In this document: positions 7,006 to 12,259 of the stretch, piece after piece
Layout: each line of letters opens with the position of its first letter
Position numbering within the stretch: position 1 is the first letter of the stretch
DNA from: Oligoflexus sp.
Lineage (GTDB): Bacteria > Bdellovibrionota_B > Oligoflexia > Oligoflexales > Oligoflexaceae
Reading direction: 5' to 3'
Assembly: GCA_041736305.1 (NCBI GenBank)
Contig: JBGSTX010000089.1
Span: 1 to 12,259 of the forward strand
DNA length: 12,259 nt
Notes under the pieces: generated by a model
The model's database searches: none
The model's input: the letters and a program-made list of their open reading frames with translations, nothing else
What the model was told of the DNA's origin: nothing
Position numbers and translations under genes: made by a program

Positions 7006-8448
7006 GTGGTGCGTCGCCGCCAAGTCGCTGATGAGTATCCAAGCACTGAGCATGCGGAAGACTGTTTGCTCCTCGTTTGCCAGGAGGCGCAAAGCAAAGC
7101 CAGCCCCTGGGTAGAGCAGCTGCGACGGGACTCGATCCCGACTCTAGGACGGGATATTCACTATGCCCGTCTTTCATTTGGATTCAAAGATCCTCGCCGG
7201 CCTTATGCCTTGCTCGAGTGGCAAAGCAGCGGCCGCCACAGTCTCGAGCGGCGCTGGGTGATCTCGCATTTCTTTCGCTCGCTGCGACAGCAGTTCCGAG
7301 TCAAGCGCTTCTGCGCCTTCGTCTATGGAACGGCTGCAGACCTCGTACTGGCGGAAGATGCCTACCTTTCGCAGATGAAGCCCAACGATGATGGTAACGA
7401 CTGGGACAGCTTTGAAATCTTGCAGGTGGCCGCGGCTTATGATCCCTACGCCGCGATTCGTTGGGAAGGCATGCTCGGCTATCGGCGATGGATCAATGAA
7501 AATCCGGACGAACTCACCTCACTTGAGATCGGCCGGCGCCTCAAGGAATTCGCAGAGCAGCATCAGTGCAGCTTTGAAGAAATGGGCATCGATGCCTTGA
7601 AGAAAGAGGGCATGAACCTGCTCCTAGCCGTCGGGCAAGCGTCTGAGCGATCGCCCTCCCGCTGCTACATTCTAGGCTCCCACCTCGATCGCGGCGGAGC
7701 TCCTCTCATGCTGCTCGGTAAAGGTATCACCTTCGATACGGGTGGCATCAATCTCAAAGCCTTTGAAAGCTTTGTCAACGCGATGAAAAACGATATGGGT
7801 GGCGCTGCCCTGATGAGCCAACTCTTTATGGCCTTGGTCAAAAGCGGTTTTGATAAGCCTTTGCTGCTCGTGATTCCCTGCTGTGAAAATCTGATTGACG
7901 CCAAGGCCATGAAACCTGGGACCGTAGTGCAGAGCCATAAGGGGCTGAAGGTATTTATCGAGCATACGGATGCCGAAGGGCGCCTGATTCTTGCTGATGC
8001 CCTCAGCTATGCTTCAAAGCGCTTCAAACCCGCTGCTACGCTGAGCGCTGCTACGCTGACGACCGCTTCTTTACGGCAGTTCTCAGGGTATTTCACGGCT
8101 GTTCACTTCGCTTCGCCAGCCGTCCAAACGGCTTTGCACGAGGCTGGCATGAAGTGGGGCGAACGTTTCAGTTGCTGGGAAGATTTCCTGCCTTTCAAGG
8201 CAGCCAACTCCACCAAGGCAGCTGACCTCACAAATATGGGCCGCCTCCCCTCGCATGCCAGTATCGGGACGGGATCTAACGTCGCTGCGCACTTTCTCAA
8301 AGAATTTTCCACAGGCCCTCTTATTCACTTCGATATCTTTGCCACTTGCTGGAATTGGAGCGGGGACTATCCGGGTTCGGCTTTCGGTGCAACCGGAGCA
8401 CCTTTTAATTCGCTCTTTGAGCTCTTGCGTAACACTCAGATCACTTGA
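7006..8448 (+). CDS. M17 family metallopeptidase (leucyl aminopeptidase-like) with a divergent N-terminal region
   Basis: Catalytic-domain motifs LGKGITFDTGGINLK, MKNDMGGAA, CENLI, KPG, EHTDAEGRLILADAL, ATLT and HFDI. AAGGAG Shine-Dalgarno just upstream of GTG 7006. Confidence 0.9.
   Translation: MVRRRQVADEYPSTEHAEDCLLLVCQEAQSKASPWVEQLRRDSIPTLGRDIHYARLSFGFKDPRRPYALLEWQSSGRHSLERRWVISHFFRSLRQQFRVKRFCAFVYGTAADLVLAEDAYLSQMKPNDDGNDWDSFEILQVAAAYDPYAAIRWEGMLGYRRWINENPDELTSLEIGRRLKEFAEQHQCSFEEMGIDALKKEGMNLLLAVGQASERSPSRCYILGSHLDRGGAPLMLLGKGITFDTGGINLKAFESFVNAMKNDMGGAALMSQLFMALVKSGFDKPLLLVIPCCENLIDAKAMKPGTVVQSHKGLKVFIEHTDAEGRLILADALSYASKRFKPAATLSAATLTTASLRQFSGYFTAVHFASPAVQTALHEAGMKWGERFSCWEDFLPFKAANSTKAADLTNMGRLPSHASIGTGSNVAAHFLKEFSTGPLIHFDIFATCWNWSGDYPGSAFGATGAPFNSLFELLRNTQIT
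8031..8059 (+). repeat. In-frame 15-nt-period tandem repeat, CGCTGCTACGCTGA x2, within the M17 gene
   Basis: Identical 14-mers at 8031-8044 and 8046-8059, encoding AATL-S-AATL-T. Confidence 0.8.
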
Positions 8449-8479
8449 ACTCGATAGGGATGATGCTCGAACGAGGTCA

Positions 8480-9502
8480 ATGATGGTGCAGGACGAGACT
8501 ATGTTTTCGCGTTTCAGGCGGCTGCATGAACGTCGGTTTGGCCAGCTGTGGCTGAAAGCGATCGCTCTGGGATTGGGACTGTTGATCTGCTTCGAACTTA
8601 TGTTCTTCATTTGGATCTGGCCTGACTGGGATGCTTTGCGCCAAGGTAAGGTCCCTCCATCGGCGCTCATAGAAGAATACGAAAAAGCCAGGCGAGATAA
8701 TTCAGAGCTAGCTCCTCTTAAGTGGTCGCCTATCGTGAAAGCCTTTCCCAAATCGATCAAGAAAGTCTTTGTTCTGGCCGAGGATTCGCGCTTCTATGAG
8801 CATGATGGAATCGATTTGCCAGCGATTCTGGAGGCTGTCGCATACAACTATCGGCACGGGAAAGTCTTGCGTGGAGCCAGTACGATATCCCAACAAACCG
8901 CTAAAAATATGTTTCTGAGTCTCTCGAGAAACCCTCTTAGAAAGTGGCATGAACTCCTGATGACTTTTTTCCTAGAAACCCATCTGACTAAAGAGCAGAT
9001 CCTGCACATCTATCTTAACGTTGCTGAGTTTGGGCCAGGGGTTTTCGGGCTTGAAGCGGCCGCCAAGCACTATTATAAGAGCAGTGCGCAGGGGCTCAGC
9101 GTTTCACAGGCAGTCGAGTTGGCAGCAGCTTTGCCCAGCCCGAAAAAACATAACCCGAAGCAGCGTACTACCGCCTATCAGAAGCGAGTTCAACGTATTG
9201 GACAGACCATGCAAGTGGTCGAACGAGTGGCGGCTGAACCTTTGCAGAGCAGCGCTGTACGCCAGGAGCTTGAGAAGAATCTCGACGAACTGCGACGGGA
9301 ACTCAAAGAAAATCCGATCGAGCAGCTGCCTGCTGGAGGCGAATCTCCAACTCTGAAGGAACCGACTGCCCAGGAATTGCCTCCCGATCCAGGTAATAGC
9401 CAGGGCGAGGTCGAAGGTGCAGCAGAGTCGCGCGATGCAGAAGACCTACCAGCTGCAGAGCCAGGAGTGCCTCCAGCAGAAGAAGCGGAAGTGCCCGACT
9501 AA
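8480..9502 (+). CDS. mtgA: Monofunctional biosynthetic peptidoglycan transglycosylase (GT51, MtgA-like) with an acidic C-terminal tail
   Basis: A single N-terminal TM helix, then GT51 motifs EDSRFYEHDGID, GASTISQQTAKN, RKWHE, KEQILHIYLN and GLEAAAKHYY, with no transpeptidase domain. The ORF-track start at 8255 overlaps the M17 gene. ATG 8480/8483 (after GAGG) or ATG 8501 is more plausible. Confidence 0.88.
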   Translation: MMVQDETMFSRFRRLHERRFGQLWLKAIALGLGLLICFELMFFIWIWPDWDALRQGKVPPSALIEEYEKARRDNSELAPLKWSPIVKAFPKSIKKVFVLAEDSRFYEHDGIDLPAILEAVAYNYRHGKVLRGASTISQQTAKNMFLSLSRNPLRKWHELLMTFFLETHLTKEQILHIYLNVAEFGPGVFGLEAAAKHYYKSSAQGLSVSQAVELAAALPSPKKHNPKQRTTAYQKRVQRIGQTMQVVERVAAEPLQSSAVRQELEKNLDELRRELKENPIEQLPAGGESPTLKEPTAQELPPDPGNSQGEVEGAAESRDAEDLPAAEPGVPPAEEAEVPD

Positions 9503-9520
9503 TTTGCAAAGAGGAAGCTC

Positions 9521-10723
9521 ATGACAAATACCTCGCATCCCTACTGGCTCGACGAGAAACTGGAGCTAGGCAAGCTGGGAAAACCCCCGGAGGGGCAGAT
9601 ATGCATCATCGGTTCTGGCCTTTCTGGAGTCAGTGCTGCTTACTGGCTTCTAGAAAAAGGTTACGATGATCTGGTCATCGTCGATTATGAGCCTGAGCAA
9701 GCGGCGACCTTTCGCAATTGCGGTCATATACTCTATGGAACCGTAGAATCTATGCTGGCTCTGGTTGCTCTCCACGGTGAAGAAACAGCTCGCCGCCTTT
9801 GGGCGCTCTCGATCGATATCTGCCACGAGGTGCGGGATACCATCGCTCGCCTTGACCTGGCCGCGGACTATAAGCAGGACGGCTACCTCGTCATTGCTAT
9901 CGATGAGTCGGAGGATAGAGAAATTCGACAGTCGATCGACTATCTGCAGCGCTTCGGTTTTTCGAGCGAGTATGTGGCGCGCGAGAAACTCGAAGCGCTC
10001 GGCTTCCGCCATACCTTCGGCGGGCGTTTCGAGCCGGGATCGGGGCAAGCTCATCCCGTAAAGTTCCGCAATGGCCTTCTAAGGCACTGTCTGCAAAGAG
10101 GCGTCACATACGTAGGAGGCGTCAGGGTGAAGGCTCTGTCGGAAGTTCAGGATAAAGTGCAAATCGAGACGGAGGCCTTTGGCAGCATAGCTTATGATGC
10201 AGCTATCATCGCCACCAATGCCTATTCGCCTTTGCTATCTGATTTCTTTAGAAAACATCGCCTGATTGAACCCTTCCGTGGCCAGATCATTACTTCGAAA
10301 CCTTTGCGGCATCCTCCACCGATCACCTATCCCCACAGTTTTGATCACGGCTACGAATACGCTCTCATGACCAGCGACCAGAGATTGATGATAGGCGGCT
10401 GGCGACAGCATACACCCCAGGGAGAAAAAGGGACCTACGATCTGCAGCCGAATCCCATGGTCGAGCGAGGCCTCGAAGAGTTTGTGAGCAGGCATTATGC
10501 TTTGCAAGAAAAAATCGAATGGGAATACTCATGGGCGGGTATCATGGCAGCTTCGAAAACTGGTTTTCCTTTTATCGGGCCGACTGATAGCCCTCGCATA
10601 TTCACGGTCGCAGGGTATACGGGCCATGGATTTTCCTGGGCCCACGGCAGTGCGAAGATACTGGCTGACATCATCAACGGCGACCCTATTCCATCGATAG
10701 TTGCCGAACGCTGTCGCCCTTAA
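9521..10723 (+). CDS. FAD-dependent oxidoreductase, DAO/DadA/PuuB-like family
   Basis: N-terminal PYW, Rossmann IIGSGLSG, AATFRNCG (variant of GASGRNGG), HPVK, IIATNAY, YSWAGIM, PFIG and AGYTGHG. GAGGAAG RBS. Confidence 0.88.
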   Translation: MTNTSHPYWLDEKLELGKLGKPPEGQICIIGSGLSGVSAAYWLLEKGYDDLVIVDYEPEQAATFRNCGHILYGTVESMLALVALHGEETARRLWALSIDICHEVRDTIARLDLAADYKQDGYLVIAIDESEDREIRQSIDYLQRFGFSSEYVAREKLEALGFRHTFGGRFEPGSGQAHPVKFRNGLLRHCLQRGVTYVGGVRVKALSEVQDKVQIETEAFGSIAYDAAIIATNAYSPLLSDFFRKHRLIEPFRGQIITSKPLRHPPPITYPHSFDHGYEYALMTSDQRLMIGGWRQHTPQGEKGTYDLQPNPMVERGLEEFVSRHYALQEKIEWEYSWAGIMAASKTGFPFIGPTDSPRIFTVAGYTGHGFSWAHGSAKILADIINGDPIPSIVAERCRP

Positions 10724-10729
10724 AATTTT

Positions 10730-12259
10730 TTATGATGCGGTTTTCATTCCTTCGAGAATGATACCCTTTTGCTGGAGCGCAGCTAAGATTCCGTCCTTAT
10801 CTACTGCTTTGATGTAAGCGTCTTTGGCTTCGATCAGGCCCTTATTTACGAGGTTCATCAGTGCGTCGTTCAGCATGATGTTGCCCTTGGCCTTTTGGGT
10901 CTGCATTTGATTCTGTATCATGTGGGTATTACCTTCGCGAATAAGGCTCGCGACGGCCCGATCGACGATCAGAACTTCCTGGGCTGCGACTCGGCCTCCG
11001 CCTTTTTTCTTGATCAAGGTTTGCGCAACGACTCCCCGCAGAGATTCCGCCAGCATAACCCGAACCTGCTCCTGCTGTTCAGCTGAAAATTGGTCGATGA
11101 TCCTATCGATCGTTGAAATCGCTGTATTGGTGTGAAGAGTTCCGAATACCAAGTGACCTGTCTCTGCAGTTTCGATCGCAATTTCTACGGTCTCGAGATC
11201 GCGAAGCTCACCGATTAAGATGATGTCGGGATCCTCACGAAGGGCGGCACGGAGCGCGCGGGAAAATGATTGGGTATGGCGATGTACTTCGCGCTGATTA
11301 ATAAGGCAGCGCTTCTGCTTGTGAACGAATTCGATTGGGTCTTCGATGGTAATGTTATGGTCGCTGCGAGTGTCGTTGACCAGATCGATCATGGAAGCAA
11401 GGGTGGTCGACTTTCCCGATCCAGTTGGACCGGTGACAATGACAAGCCCTTTGGATAATTCGCAGAGCTTGCGGATAGCGGGGCTGAGACCAAGGTCATC
11501 TGCCGAGAGGATTTTCTCGGGAATCTGCCGCAGTACAGCGCCGACACCGAGACGATCTCTAAACATGTTGACACGAAAGCGCGCTACACCGCTGAGTTCG
11601 TAGGCAAAATCTGTATCACTGCTCGCGGCGAACTCTTGGCGATTCCGTGGCGGCATGATGGGCAGGAGGTAGGAGCGCATTTCGTCTTCTGTCACTCTCT
11701 CTTCGCTCAAGCGGATGATCTCGCCGTCGATGCGCAAACTGGGAGGCTCTCTCATGGTGAGATGAAGATCAGACGCCCCACGCTTGACCATCTTTTCGAG
11801 TAGAGAATCAATAGGCCGAGGGCCGCTCATATCGAGAACATCGCCGGCTTGATTAGGTCCAAAAGCGATGATGCTTTCCTCTTTAGGGGAAGTAATCACC
11901 GTTTCCATATTAAGAGAACTTTCGGTCACCGAAGGCATGGCGTGGGTGCCGAGACCTGTTGCTGTCAGGGTGGTTTGTTGAAAGTGATAGTTGTCTGTCT
12001 CAGTATACTCCTCAACCGCGGCCGTAAAGGGAAGCTGTTCTACGGTTTGAGTTTCCACTTTTACTTCTGCCTCTGCTTCTGCCTCTGCTTCTTTTGCTCC
12101 ATCTACTTGTGCTGCTAAATCGGGAAGCGTCGAAGATTTCCCTGGGGTATAAAGGACAGTCGGTATATCGATCGATTCTGATGAAGGCTTTGCAAGCGGG
12201 ATTTCGGCTCTGTTAGGAAGGTGCGACGGCTTAAATTGCGTGTCATCTTCCACTTCAAG
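10730..12259 (-). CDS. pilT: Type IV pilus retraction ATPase, PilT family, with a long N-terminal extension; probably 5'-truncated by the window
   Basis: ASDLHL, RIDGEI, RFRVNMFR, Walker A GPTGSGKSTT, Asp box TIEDPIE, ALREDPDIILIGELRD, His box ETGHLVFGTLHT, and VASLIRE (AIRNLIRE-like). The frame stays open to the right edge of the window. Confidence 0.9.
   Translation of the reverse strand, partial: LEVEDDTQFKPSHLPNRAEIPLAKPSSESIDIPTVLYTPGKSSTLPDLAAQVDGAKEAEAEAEAEVKVETQTVEQLPFTAAVEEYTETDNYHFQQTTLTATGLGTHAMPSVTESSLNMETVITSPKEESIIAFGPNQAGDVLDMSGPRPIDSLLEKMVKRGASDLHLTMREPPSLRIDGEIIRLSEERVTEDEMRSYLLPIMPPRNRQEFAASSDTDFAYELSGVARFRVNMFRDRLGVGAVLRQIPEKILSADDLGLSPAIRKLCELSKGLVIVTGPTGSGKSTTLASMIDLVNDTRSDHNITIEDPIEFVHKQKRCLINQREVHRHTQSFSRALRAALREDPDIILIGELRDLETVEIAIETAETGHLVFGTLHTNTAISTIDRIIDQFSAEQQEQVRVMLAESLRGVVAQTLIKKKGGGRVAAQEVLIVDRAVASLIREGNTHMIQNQMQTQKAKGNIMLNDALMNLVNKGLIEAKDAYIKAVDKDGILAALQQKGIILEGMKTAS
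12064..12092. repeat. 12-nt tandem repeat (CTTCTGCCTCTG x2 plus a partial unit; hexamer subunits YTCTGC) encoding an (EA)n tract in the PilT extension
   Basis: Read directly: cttctgcctctg cttctgcctctg cttct. On the minus strand this region translates as KEAEAEAEAEVK. Confidence 0.85.

Noticed and set aside
8255-8479. N-terminal extension of mtgA in the ORF track
   Set aside because: It overlaps the conserved M17 C-terminus by ~190 nt. Better starts with RBS-like motifs exist at 8480/8483/8501.
8083-8760. 225-aa antisense ORF spanning the M17/mtgA junction
   Set aside because: It overlaps two well-supported genes and has Ser/Arg-rich non-coding-like composition.
1-12259. CRISPR arrays, tRNA/rRNA genes, IS elements, integrases or known anti-phage systems
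   Set aside because: I saw no spaced repeats, RNA-gene signatures, transposase/integrase motifs or defence-domain motifs. Intergenic spaces are short.

Overview
A moderately GC-rich, gene-dense bacterial chromosomal segment with no mobile element, CRISPR array or RNA gene that I can support. The gene content is compatible with a Bdellovibrionota/Oligoflexia or deltaproteobacterial-type organism, but that is inference only. From left to right it holds: the 3' part of clpA, a 148-aa hypothetical gene, a putative exported beta-strand-rich (outer-membrane-like) protein, and a minus-strand TerC/YkoY-family membrane protein. Next is a closely spaced plus-strand run: trpS, a 711-aa DUF455/ferritin-like di-iron + ATP-grasp-like fusion, a divergent M17 leucyl-aminopeptidase-family protein, a monofunctional GT51 transglycosylase (MtgA-like) and a DAO-family FAD oxidoreductase. 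The window ends with a convergent PilT-family ATPase that has a long N-terminal extension running off the edge. The most interesting element is the di-iron oxidase/ATP-grasp ligase fusion next to an atypical M17 peptidase, with a 22-codon ORF bridging the two. It is a candidate uncharacterised peptide or amino-acid modification system.
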